From Clostridiales bacterium (GTDB lineage Bacteria > Bacillota > Clostridia > Oscillospirales > CAG-272), in assembly GCA_022791685.1 (NCBI GenBank), contig JAAVZO010000042.1, forward strand, positions 13,479-77,478: 64,000 nt of DNA, in the 5' to 3' direction. Each line of letters opens with the position of its first letter. The first letter of the stretch is position 1. A program made the translations under genes and the position numbers. A model generated the notes under the pieces. The model did no database searches. It was not told the origin of the DNA and saw only the letters and a list, made by a program, of their open reading frames with translations. Of the stretch, positions 34,834 to 44,175 are shown piece after piece.

Positions 34834-37800
34834 TTATTTAAAATACTTAACGCCAGATTCGAAGATCTTCTGATCCTTCTCGCCGTCGATATTGACAGCG
34901 ATATTTCTTCCGCGGCGCTCGCTATGTCCCATCTTACCGAGAATACGACCGTCGGGGCTGAGAATTCCCTCGATAGCGTAGCTCGAACCGTTAGGATTGT
35001 AGCGGATATCCATAGTAGGATTGCCGTTGAGGTCGACGTACTGAGTAGCGATCTGACCGTTAGCTGCAAGGCTGCGGATAAGCTCTTCGCTCGCCCAGAA
35101 ACGTCCTTCACCGTGCGAGATCGGCACTGTGTGAATGTCGCCTGCGTTTACTCCTGCAAGCCACGGTGACTTGGTAGAAGCGATACGAGTGTGGACCATC
35201 ATCGACTGGTGACGACCTATCGAGTTGAAGGTCAGCGTCGGACAGTCGGCGTTCATTTCGTCCATGATCTTTCCGTAAGGAAGCAGTCCTGACTTGACAA
35301 GCGCTTGGAAGCCGTTGCAGATACCGAGCACGAGTCCGTCACGCTTTTCGATAAGCTCAGTTATTGCCTCTTTTACGTGCGGATTACGGAGAACAGCGGT
35401 AATAAACTTACCCGAACCGTCCGGCTCGTCGCCGCCAGAGAATCCGCCCGGAATCATAAGCATTTGCGAGTTGCTGATAAGCTTTACAAACTCAGCTACA
35501 GCGTCTTCAAGCGCGTTTGCGTTGAGGTTACGGAGTACGAATATATTCGACTCAGCGCCGACTGCATTGAACTGGCGCATTGTGTCGTATTCGCAGTTTG
35601 TGCCTGGGACTACCGGTATTACAACGCGCGGACGTGCGAACTTGCTTATCGATACAGCGCTTGAGCGTGCATCACAAGTGAATGCTTCAACAGTTTCCGG
35701 CTTTATCTCAGCGACCTTAGTCGGGAATACCTTTTCAAGCGTACCCTCCCATGCGTCCTGCAATTCGGTAAGCTTAATCGAAGAATCGCCGATAGTTACA
35801 GATTCATCGTCAGTAGTATATCCAAGCAGCGTTCCGTCAAGGTCGTCGTCAGTCTCGATAATGAACGAACCGTACATAAGTCCGAACAGAGTCTTCTTGT
35901 CGATATCTCCCGTCTTCACACCGATACGGTTACCGAGCGCCATCTTAACAAGCCCCTCAGCAACACCACCGTTGTCGACCGTGTAAATAGCCTTTGCTCT
36001 GCCGAATACCGCGATATCGTGTACATTGTCAAACAGCTTTCTCAGGCTCTCGAACTCAGGAAGTCCATCAACAGTGTAGTCAGGCTTCATAAGGTATACT
36101 TTGCTTCCAGCAGACTTGAACTCAGGAGTGATTATCTTATTAGCGTCGAGCATAGCTACTGCGAACGAAACGAGTGTCGGCGGAACATCGATATTCTCGA
36201 ACGTACCCGACATCGAATCCTTACCGCCGATAGCCGCAATTTTAAGCTCGCACTGAGCCTTCAGTGCGCCAAGCAGTGCAGCCATAGGCTTGCCCCAACG
36301 CGACGGAGTATTCTGTGTCTTTTCGAAATACTCCTGGAATGTGAGGTAAATATCCTCATATCTCGCACCAGCTGCTACCAGCTTTGCGACCGACTCAACG
36401 ACCGCATAAACTGCGCCGTGGTACGGACTCTTTTCGGAGAGATACGGGTCAAATCCGTATGCCATCAGCGAGGTAGTATCAGTCTCGCCCTCAAGCACCG
36501 GAATCTTCGCCGCCATATACTGCGGCTGTGTTATCTGATACTTACCGCCGTAAGGCATTACGACAGTTCCCGCACCAATCGTGCTGTCGAACTTTTCGAC
36601 CAGTCCACGCTGCGAGCAGATGTTGAGGTCAGAGATTATTTCCTTGACCACCGCTGCTGTATCAGAGGTATCAACGCTTGCTGCAAATCCATCGAGGATT
36701 CCGTCAGTGTTGACCTTTGTAATTTCAATATCTGTATGCTTTTCAGCGCCGTTCGAATTGAGGAACTCACGCGAAAGGTCGATTATAAAGTTACCGTTCC
36801 ATGTCATGCGCAGTCTCGGCTCTTCTGTAACCGACGCAACGATAGTTGACTCGAGATTTTCGCGCGACGCATATTCGCGGAACTTCTCTGCGTCCTCTTT
36901 CGCAACAACTACCGCCATACGCTCCTGCGATTCGGAAATCGCAAGCTCGGTACCGTCGAGGCCCTCATATTTTTTCGGAACCTTAGACAGGTCGATGAGC
37001 AGTCCATCAGCAAGCTCGCCGATTGCAACCGATACACCGCCTGCACCGAAGTCGTTGCAGCGCTTAATGAGACGAGTCACATTCTCGTCGCGGAACAGAC
37101 GCTGGATCTTGCGCTCTTCTGGAGGATTACCCTTCTGAACCTCAGCGCCGCAAGTTGTAAGCGATTCAGCGGTGTGAGCCTTTGAAGAACCAGTAGCGCC
37201 GCCGCAGCCGTCACGTCCGGTACGTCCGCCAAGCAGGATTATAAGGTCGCCGGGAATCGGGCGCTCGCGAACTACATTCTTCTCAGGAGCAGCGCCGACT
37301 ACCGCACCGATCTCGAGGTGCTTTGCAACATAGTTTGGGTGATATATTTCATAAACCGCGCCGGTAGCAAGTCCGATCTGGTTGCCGTAGGACGAATATC
37401 CGCTCGACGCGCCGTGAGTGATTTTTGACTGCGGGAGCTTGCCGGACATTGTGTCAGCTACTGAAGTTCTCGGGTCAGCGCATCCGGTTACGCGCATTGC
37501 CTGATATACATACGAGCGTCCAGACAGCGGGTCACGGATAGCACCGCCAAGACAGGTAGCTGCGCCGCCGAATGGCTCGATTTCGGTAGGATGGTTGTGC
37601 GTCTCGTTCTTGAACATGAAGAGCCAATCTTCCTGCTTTCCGTCGATATCAACTTTAATCTTAATCGAGCAGGCGTTGATCTCCTCGGACTCATCAAGAT
37701 TCTTTAATACACCGGACTTCTTCAGATATTTAGCTGCAATAGTAGCCATATCCATAAGAGTTACGTTCTTGTGACGTGCGCCGTACACGAGCTTACGCTT

Positions 37801-38556
37801 TTCAAGATAATCGTCGAAGGTCTCCTGAATGTACTTATCGCCAATCTTGACCTCATCAATAGCAGTGAGGAATGTAGTATGACGGCAGTGGTCTGACCAG
37901 TAAGAATCTATAAGGCGAATTTCCGAAATTGTCGGGTCTCGCTTTTCTTCATTTTTGAAGTAGCTCTGGCAGAATACGACATCATCATAATCCATAGCAA
38001 GTGCATACTTTTTGAGGAACGCGTGAAGCTCGTCCTCGCCCATACCGATAAAGCCGTCGATAGTCTCAACTGTAGTCGGAATATCGTACTTCTCAGCGAG
38101 CGTCTCAGGCTTATCGAGCGAAGCCTCGCGGCTCTCGACCGGGTTTATCACATAATGCTTAATGCGCTCGATCTCAGCATCGGTAAGCTCGCCTGTAAGT
38201 ATATATATACGTGCAGTGCGGACTATCGGTCTGTCCTCGAGCGTGATAAGCTGTACACACTGTGCACACGAATCCGCACGCTGATCAAACTGTCCGGGCA
38301 AATACTCAACTGCGAATACCTTATCGGTATCGGCAGTCACGAGTTCATCATATACGATATCACTCTGAGGCTCAGAGAATATCGTATTCTTCGCTTTAGC
38401 GAAAATTTCAGAGGATATTCCCTCGATATCGTAACGATTGAGCACACGGATCGACGTAAGCGAGCTTATCATCAGGTTCTCGCGTATGTCAGCAAAAAGA
38501 GAACGCGACTCTACTGCGTGCGCTGGCTGCTTTTCTACAAATAATCTGTAAACCAT
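34834..38556 (-). CDS. purL: Phosphoribosylformylglycinamidine (FGAM) synthase, single-chain large type
   Basis: 1240-aa protein with AIR-synthase-like repeats and a C-terminal GATase domain (LGICNGFQAL ... HGEGRF). Confidence 0.95.
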   Translation of the reverse strand: MVYRLFVEKQPAHAVESRSLFADIRENLMISSLTSIRVLNRYDIEGISSEIFAKAKNTIFSEPQSDIVYDELVTADTDKVFAVEYLPGQFDQRADSCAQCVQLITLEDRPIVRTARIYILTGELTDAEIERIKHYVINPVESREASLDKPETLAEKYDIPTTVETIDGFIGMGEDELHAFLKKYALAMDYDDVVFCQSYFKNEEKRDPTISEIRLIDSYWSDHCRHTTFLTAIDEVKIGDKYIQETFDDYLEKRKLVYGARHKNVTLMDMATIAAKYLKKSGVLKNLDESEEINACSIKIKVDIDGKQEDWLFMFKNETHNHPTEIEPFGGAATCLGGAIRDPLSGRSYVYQAMRVTGCADPRTSVADTMSGKLPQSKITHGASSGYSSYGNQIGLATGAVYEIYHPNYVAKHLEIGAVVGAAPEKNVVRERPIPGDLIILLGGRTGRDGCGGATGSSKAHTAESLTTCGAEVQKGNPPEERKIQRLFRDENVTRLIKRCNDFGAGGVSVAIGELADGLLIDLSKVPKKYEGLDGTELAISESQERMAVVVAKEDAEKFREYASRENLESTIVASVTEEPRLRMTWNGNFIIDLSREFLNSNGAEKHTDIEITKVNTDGILDGFAASVDTSDTAAVVKEIISDLNICSQRGLVEKFDSTIGAGTVVMPYGGKYQITQPQYMAAKIPVLEGETDTTSLMAYGFDPYLSEKSPYHGAVYAVVESVAKLVAAGARYEDIYLTFQEYFEKTQNTPSRWGKPMAALLGALKAQCELKIAAIGGKDSMSGTFENIDVPPTLVSFAVAMLDANKIITPEFKSAGSKVYLMKPDYTVDGLPEFESLRKLFDNVHDIAVFGRAKAIYTVDNGGVAEGLVKMALGNRIGVKTGDIDKKTLFGLMYGSFIIETDDDLDGTLLGYTTDDESVTIGDSSIKLTELQDAWEGTLEKVFPTKVAEIKPETVEAFTCDARSSAVSISKFARPRVVIPVVPGTNCEYDTMRQFNAVGAESNIFVLRNLNANALEDAVAEFVKLISNSQMLMIPGGFSGGDEPDGSGKFITAVLRNPHVKEAITELIEKRDGLVLGICNGFQALVKSGLLPYGKIMDEMNADCPTLTFNSIGRHQSMMVHTRIASTKSPWLAGVNAGDIHTVPISHGEGRFWASEELIRSLAANGQIATQYVDLNGNPTMDIRYNPNGSSYAIEGILSPDGRILGKMGHSERRGRNIAVNIDGEKDQKIFESGVKYFK

Positions 38557-38581
38557 TTATTCCGACTCCTTTATATTTATA

Positions 38582-39922
38582 TTATACAATAAATCCAGTG
38601 AAAACATTGCCGTCAAAGCCGTTTAATTTTACCGTCTTGACCTGATTGTGCAGGTCGTCGGAGGTTATAACAGCCACCTCAAGGAAGTCCGGAGTATGAC
38701 CGATCGCTATCCCGTCCTCGCAAAGCTCAAACAGTACTTCACGCTTTTCGCCTATGTATCCCTCGGCAAGTCCGTATAAAACCTCACGCTGAGCAGCTTC
38801 GAGCTTCTCCATACGCTCAGTCTTTATATTATCCGGCACCTGATCTTCCATATCGAATGCCTCAGTTCCTGCGCGCTTTGAATACGGGAATGCGTGCAGA
38901 TGGGTCAATTTCACGCGGCGGATAAATTCAACCGTTTCGTTGAAATTCTCCTCAGTTTCACCCGGGAAGCCTACAATTATATCAGCATTGAATGTTATTC
39001 CCGGTATCTTTTCGCGGATGTAGGATATATATTTCTCAGCAGTTTCCGCATTATATTTGCGTCTCATAGCTGCAAGTACCGACGACGAGCCCGACTGAAT
39101 CGAAAGATGAAGATTCGGGGCAAAATGCTTCAATGAAGCAAGCTTGTCCACAAATTCCGGCTTCATCATTGATGGGTCAAGCGAGCCAAGGCGGATACGC
39201 TCGATACCGTCTATATTGTCAACCTCAGAAAGTAAATCAGCCAGTCCCTTTCCATCGGCAAAATCCTTACCGTAGGAAGCAGTCTCGATACCCGTGAGTA
39301 CGATCTCACGATATCCGTTCTCGACAAGCCCCTTTACTTCTGCGACCACATCGTCAAGCGGCTTCGAACGAACGTGACCGCGTGCGAGCGGAACAGTGCA
39401 GTATGCACAGCGATTGTCGCAGCCGTCCTCGATCTTGACAAATGCACGTGTGCGCTCAGAAGAGTGTATCGTCATCTGTTCGAGTGGAGCAGACATTACA
39501 TCGTCGACCTTTATATCTGCAGCGCCGTTCTTCTCGCCCGACGCGATAAGTCCGAGCGCAGCGTCAACTAAACGCATTTTATTGCTGTTTCCACAGATAA
39601 AGTCAACTCCATCTATACCAGCAGTCTTGCCAGGATTAAGCTGCGAATAGCATCCTGTTACAAGGACATATGCCTTCGGGTTATGACGCGCTGCACGACG
39701 TATCATCTGACGTGTCTTGCGGTCACTCTCAGCGGTAACTGTACAAGTATTTATAATATAAATACCGCACTTCTCAGAAAAACGTCCGATAACAAATCCG
39801 TTCTTCTGGAATTCCTCCGCGATAGCCTGACTTTCATACTGGTTTACTTTACAGCCGAGCGTCATTATACCAACTCGTCTGCTTATATCATTGGTTCCTA
39901 TTTTAAACACCTCAAAATCCAT
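38582..39922 (-). CDS. mtaB: tRNA methylthiotransferase of the MiaB/MtaB radical-SAM family (MtaB-like)
   Basis: N-terminal TLGCKVNQYES, radical-SAM CDNRCAYCTVP and a C-terminal TRAM-like domain. The exact start is uncertain, with no clear RBS at 39922. Confidence 0.8.
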   Translation of the reverse strand: MDFEVFKIGTNDISRRVGIMTLGCKVNQYESQAIAEEFQKNGFVIGRFSEKCGIYIINTCTVTAESDRKTRQMIRRAARHNPKAYVLVTGCYSQLNPGKTAGIDGVDFICGNSNKMRLVDAALGLIASGEKNGAADIKVDDVMSAPLEQMTIHSSERTRAFVKIEDGCDNRCAYCTVPLARGHVRSKPLDDVVAEVKGLVENGYREIVLTGIETASYGKDFADGKGLADLLSEVDNIDGIERIRLGSLDPSMMKPEFVDKLASLKHFAPNLHLSIQSGSSSVLAAMRRKYNAETAEKYISYIREKIPGITFNADIIVGFPGETEENFNETVEFIRRVKLTHLHAFPYSKRAGTEAFDMEDQVPDNIKTERMEKLEAAQREVLYGLAEGYIGEKREVLFELCEDGIAIGHTPDFLEVAVITSDDLHNQVKTVKLNGFDGNVFTGFIV

Positions 39923-40111
39923 CTAAATAAATAATCATCAAAATAAATTATCGCATACTATATATTGTAACATTTTTTCAATTTCATGTAAATATCAAAA
40001 TCTGCTGAACTTTGTCGCAAACTATAAAAATATAATGTCATTTTCGACAACTTACACAATTTGGTCATCTGTTTTTGTGCCTTATAACAAATTTGAAAGA
40101 CAAAATCCGTC

Positions 40112-40146
40112 ACGACAAAAGGCGAAGGAGACCTAACTCCTCCGCC
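40112..40146 (-). terminator. Terminator downstream of the 104-aa gene
   Basis: Stem ggcgaaggag / ctcctccgcc (40121-40130 / 40137-40146, one mismatch). On the minus strand it is followed by TTTTGTC. Confidence 0.55.
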
Positions 40147-40159
40147 AATTTACACTTCA

Positions 40160-40474
40160 CTATCTTTGTTTGATAACACCGATTGCAATAAATATCGGAT
40201 AAAGGTAACTCGAACCGAATGTGCCAAGCTTCTTAGGTCCGTTTACATAACCGCAAGTCTTCATAAGCTCCATAGCGGCATGATATGCGATATTTACAGT
40301 TGAACGTGTAATTGTCTTGGTCCTTCTCGATATAAAAAGCTCATTACCTCTCAGCCAATAGGTAAACTCAAGCCCTCTAAATGTAGTCAGCACCTTGCCC
40401 TGATAAGATTCCATCAGCTCCCAGAGCTCTATCTCATCCTGACTATAGTTGAATATATCCATATCGATAGTCAT
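40160..40474 (-). CDS. Hypothetical small protein (104 aa)
   Basis: ORF with its own terminator, located 100 nt downstream of the ABC membrane gene. I recognise no motif. Confidence 0.45.
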   Translation of the reverse strand: MTIDMDIFNYSQDEIELWELMESYQGKVLTTFRGLEFTYWLRGNELFISRRTKTITRSTVNIAYHAAMELMKTCGYVNGPKKLGTFGSSYLYPIFIAIGVIKQR

Positions 40475-40575
40475 ATTATGAGCATTCCTTTCTGAAATGT
40501 CAAGTTAAAGTCTACAAATATTTTATCACACGACATAACAAAAGTCAATGCACAATCAGTGAACAAATCATTATT

Positions 40576-42666
40576 TTATTCGAATGCTCTCAAAACAATG
40601 TTAGGTACTCTTCCATAAAGGAAATATGAGCTGTATTCCTCACTGTAGGTCTCCAAATGGTATTCGTCTTCATCCGCATAATCATTTCTGATGTCTAAGC
40701 TGAAGTCTATATAATAATCAGAATCTACCAGAGTCATTGGAGAATATCTGCCGCTGTAGCTGTCAATCGAAACAACATTCATAAATATTTCGCGCTTATC
40801 TTCAAGCGAAGTAAATTCAACGCTTTTTCCGGTAGAAAATTCTGTTATGGTTACCTTTTCAACAACGCGAATAATCTCATCCAGCTTTTCATCAATTGAC
40901 TCATCTACAAATCTCATCTCTTGAATCGTGCTAAATAGATTCTCCATATCACTATATATCGGAATAAACGAATTTTGCGACGCGAAATTATAAATACCAT
41001 CAGAATTTCTTATTTCAGCATATCCAAATGAGATCCGCTGGAAGTAATCAAATCCGATCTTGTCAGCGTCAATATCCGATTTCAATGCTGTGTATAATCT
41101 CTCTCTGTTTTCATAAACAGAACTATGTCCATTCCATCTGCTGTCTGCTGTCGATTCATCAAGGTCGTATTTATACATTATTGGCTCTGATAGGCTCAAA
41201 TACGATATCTGCGAATTATTTATCGTATCCACATACTGCTGCTTGAATTCATCACTGTCAAGTATAATGTGCAGCTGGTTTATCATCTTATTGACGTTAT
41301 ATATCGTAACCTGCTTAGCCTGCGGCAAACCAAATTTTGGGCAGAACACGATTTCAAGCTCTAAAGAATTGCGCGAATTTGCATAATAATATCTACGTTC
41401 GTTAGTCGAATTAATGTCTCCAATGCTCCAATCTCCGTCAACATAAAGCTCGCGCAGTGCAGCCATTGTCTCGATGTCTTTAAATTCAAAGCCATCAATA
41501 TCGCGCGGAATGTTGAATATCACCTTAGAAAGATTTTCCGCCTCAGGAATGCTGCTGTTTACACCAAACACATTGTTGAGCAGCATAAGCATAGACAGTG
41601 CAATAACGACGCAGTATACAGCAAATCCCTTTAGGCCTCTGAACATCAGCTTTGCGCTCTTTTGAAGTATCGTATTCGCCAGCATAAATGTCAGCAAACC
41701 GCCGCATACCATACCGAAAACCGTCCAAACGAAGTTTTCCATCATCAGATAGAAGAACAATCCGCCAAACAGTGTCATCAAAAATACGAGAACATACTTA
41801 ATGACCGAGCCGAGCGGTGTAAATACGACCGATACTCCTGCCCTCTCGCTCTTTCGATGCGCATATATGAAATATCCGCCGACGAACATTCCGGCCGCCA
41901 CAATCAGATATATAGCTATCTCCCAAGCTCTCAATGAAGTTAAGTTTAAACAAAATCTCATTACTGGAGACAATATGCACATTACATCTCTTGAGATATA
42001 CCAGCCCATCCACATATTCTCATTGAATATGCCAACAAAGTATATCACCGCGATGTAAATAAGCGGAAGAATAAATATCGCCACACCGGTCAATACAAGG
42101 TGTACACCAGTAACGCCGCTGACCATACCGACTACAGTGCTCAAGCCATAAAACACCAGCGAATAGACAATGCAGTCAATTAAGCCACGCAGTATCCGCT
42201 GAATCACCAAAGCAGTGAGCATACTGTTGCAGGCGCATACGATAAGCGACGCTATCAGCATAAAAATCAGCGGAACTATCACAACGATATATCCGACAAG
42301 CAGCTGATTGACATACAGACGACTACGCTTTATCGGAAGGCTGTGATAGAAATCGACCGAAACACGATTTTTGAGATACCGCAGCATAGCACACGACATT
42401 ACAACAGACAGAATCGAAGTCAGTGGAACAATAACGAATCTGATTCCAACGCTCCAATCCTCTGCCATCTCTCTAAGGTACTTAATTCTTTCAGCGCCTT
42501 CATAAAATACACCCTGAGATGCAGCCATCATAAGTGGTATCGGAAGTGCAAAAAAGAATATTATCAATATGAGCAGCATAGTTGTAAGACGCTGCTTTAA
42601 TGTAATGCCGAAAAACGGCATGAATTTAGCACGTTTTGCCTCAGTAGATGAGCTTGCCGAAGTCAT
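40576..42666 (-). CDS. Large ABC-associated membrane protein (about 10 TM helices + ~300-aa C-terminal soluble domain, 696 aa)
   Basis: The start was set at MTSASSST (ATG 42666), which has a GGAGGA RBS inside the end of the ATPase gene. The N-terminal two thirds are strongly hydrophobic. The C-terminal third is hydrophilic and rich in Asp/Glu/Tyr. Confidence 0.65.
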   Translation of the reverse strand: MTSASSSTEAKRAKFMPFFGITLKQRLTTMLLILIIFFFALPIPLMMAASQGVFYEGAERIKYLREMAEDWSVGIRFVIVPLTSILSVVMSCAMLRYLKNRVSVDFYHSLPIKRSRLYVNQLLVGYIVVIVPLIFMLIASLIVCACNSMLTALVIQRILRGLIDCIVYSLVFYGLSTVVGMVSGVTGVHLVLTGVAIFILPLIYIAVIYFVGIFNENMWMGWYISRDVMCILSPVMRFCLNLTSLRAWEIAIYLIVAAGMFVGGYFIYAHRKSERAGVSVVFTPLGSVIKYVLVFLMTLFGGLFFYLMMENFVWTVFGMVCGGLLTFMLANTILQKSAKLMFRGLKGFAVYCVVIALSMLMLLNNVFGVNSSIPEAENLSKVIFNIPRDIDGFEFKDIETMAALRELYVDGDWSIGDINSTNERRYYYANSRNSLELEIVFCPKFGLPQAKQVTIYNVNKMINQLHIILDSDEFKQQYVDTINNSQISYLSLSEPIMYKYDLDESTADSRWNGHSSVYENRERLYTALKSDIDADKIGFDYFQRISFGYAEIRNSDGIYNFASQNSFIPIYSDMENLFSTIQEMRFVDESIDEKLDEIIRVVEKVTITEFSTGKSVEFTSLEDKREIFMNVVSIDSYSGRYSPMTLVDSDYYIDFSLDIRNDYADEDEYHLETYSEEYSSYFLYGRVPNIVLRAFE

Positions 42667-43540
42667 AGCCCTTTTCCTCCATTTCACTAATAAATATTTC
42701 CTCAAGCGTCAGTGGGATAGTTTCAAAGAAGGTCGGCGACTTAGCGCGCAGGAACTCGTTTATTTCGCCTTCCTGACCACGCACAACAAATGTCACCAAG
42801 CTTCCGCGGCGCTCGTACCGCAGTATATGCAAAGGACGCAGCTGATCCGCGTCAAAGTTTTCATCAAATATTGCCTGTACCTTGTGCAGCCCGAGCTTCA
42901 TGTCATCAAGTTCGCGCACAAATAAAAGCTCACCCTTATGCAGAAGTCCTATAGTATCGCATATATCCTCGATCTCACGGAGATTGTGCGACGCAATTAT
43001 AGTCGTCATCTGACGCTCAGCTGATTCCTCTGCGAGTATCCGCTTGACAAGATGACGCACAACCGGGTCGAGTCCGTCGAAGGTCTCATCGCACAACAGA
43101 TATTTCGGACGAGCTGAAATTCCAAGCATAATTGAAGCTTGCTTCTTCATGCCTTTTGAAAAAGTAGCTATTTTGCGGTCACAGTCGAGCTTGAAAATAT
43201 CTCTAAGCTTTTTGAAGGTATCTTCTGAAAACGCAGTACATAGACTTTTATACAATTGCTTCATATCGTTTATTGAACAATGCGGCATGAAATACTGCTC
43301 ATCAGAAAGATATATTATCCCCTGCTTGACAAGATCATTCTCCCACACTGATATACCATTATATGTGAGACTGCCGCAGTCAGGCTTGACTATTCCCGCC
43401 ATAACGCGCAGCAGCGTAGACTTACCAGAGCCATTCGAGCCTATAAGTCCAAATATAGAGCCGTCATGAAATTCTGCGCTCACCGCGTCAAGCGGCTTTA
43501 CAGCGCCAAATTTTACGCTGACATTATCTGCTTTGATCAT
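42641..43540 (-). CDS. ABC transporter ATP-binding protein
   Basis: Walker A GSNGSGKST, signature-like FSKGMKKQ and Walker B LLCDETFDGLD. Confidence 0.9.
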   Translation of the reverse strand: MIKADNVSVKFGAVKPLDAVSAEFHDGSIFGLIGSNGSGKSTLLRVMAGIVKPDCGSLTYNGISVWENDLVKQGIIYLSDEQYFMPHCSINDMKQLYKSLCTAFSEDTFKKLRDIFKLDCDRKIATFSKGMKKQASIMLGISARPKYLLCDETFDGLDPVVRHLVKRILAEESAERQMTTIIASHNLREIEDICDTIGLLHKGELLFVRELDDMKLGLHKVQAIFDENFDADQLRPLHILRYERRGSLVTFVVRGQEGEINEFLRAKSPTFFETIPLTLEEIFISEMEEKGYDFGKLIY

Positions 43541-43562
43541 AAAATATTTTCACTCCTTTGAT

Positions 43563-43955
43563 CTATAAATTCTGTTTATCTATATCGGTTCTCCAGATTT
43601 CAGAAACAACTCTATCGATCTCTGAGCGCTCGAGTCCCGACTCAAAGCATTCGATCAAATATCGTTTGAGTTCATCAAGCAGCCTTCTGCGATTGACAAA
43701 AGCGAGACCGTCGATGTCATCTGAAATAAAACTACCGCGTCCAGGTATAGAATATATTATGCCCATCCGTTCAAGCTCTGCATACGCCTTTTGTATAGTA
43801 TTAGGATTTATCGCAAGTTCTCCCGCAAGGGCACGTACACTCGGAAGCTGTTCACCAGCTGAAAGTGTTCCAAGAAGTACATTCTGCCGAATATTTTCCA
43901 CAAGCTGCTCATACAGCGGCTTGCGGCTCAAAGTGTCTACCGAAATGACGCTCAT
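43563..43955 (-). CDS. GntR-family transcriptional regulator, short YtrA-like subfamily
   Basis: wHTH LPSVRALAGELAINPNTIQKAYAELERMGIIYSIPGRGSFI with a short helical C-terminus. The start was set at MSVISVD (ATG 43955) downstream of GGAGG 43961-43965. Confidence 0.85.
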   Translation of the reverse strand: MSVISVDTLSRKPLYEQLVENIRQNVLLGTLSAGEQLPSVRALAGELAINPNTIQKAYAELERMGIIYSIPGRGSFISDDIDGLAFVNRRRLLDELKRYLIECFESGLERSEIDRVVSEIWRTDIDKQNL

Positions 43956-43979
43956 ACCTACCTCCATATTATTCGTGCA

Positions 43980-44002
43980 CTGTTCTATGTGTAATAGTAC
44001 AG
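43980..44002. promoter_or_regulatory. Candidate operator (inverted repeat) for the YtrA-like repressor
   Basis: CTGTTCTAT (43980-43988) and ATAGTACAG (43994-44002) form a 9-bp inverted repeat with one mismatch. It lies between the predicted -10 and the RBS of the GntR gene. Confidence 0.4.
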
Positions 44003-44006
44003 ATAT

Positions 44007-44035
44007 ATAATACCATAATTCACCCCGATTGTCAA
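44007..44035 (-). promoter_or_regulatory. Sigma-70-type promoter of the GntR-ABC operon
   Basis: On the minus strand: TTGACA (44030-44035), 17-nt spacer, TATTAT (44007-44012). Confidence 0.55.
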
Positions 44036-44084
44036 GAACTATTAAGTTTTTTTAAGATTTTCCCATATACTTTTTCAATAGGAC

Positions 44085-44113
44085 TTGAAAAATTCGGAAA
44101 AATATATTACAAT
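44085..44113 (+). promoter_or_regulatory. Sigma-70-type promoter of trkA-trkH
   Basis: TTGAAA (44085-44090), 17-nt spacer, TACAAT (44108-44113). Confidence 0.55.
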
Positions 44114-44175
44114 ATATAGTGAGCAAGAATATTTGTAATTTTATTGACGTTAAGAAACGTTTTCGGAGGAATTTT

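Noticed and set aside
44114-44175. Possible c-di-AMP or other riboswitch upstream of trkA.
   Set aside because: The predicted leader is only about 55-60 nt and A/T-rich, with no room for the known K+-transporter-associated riboswitch folds.
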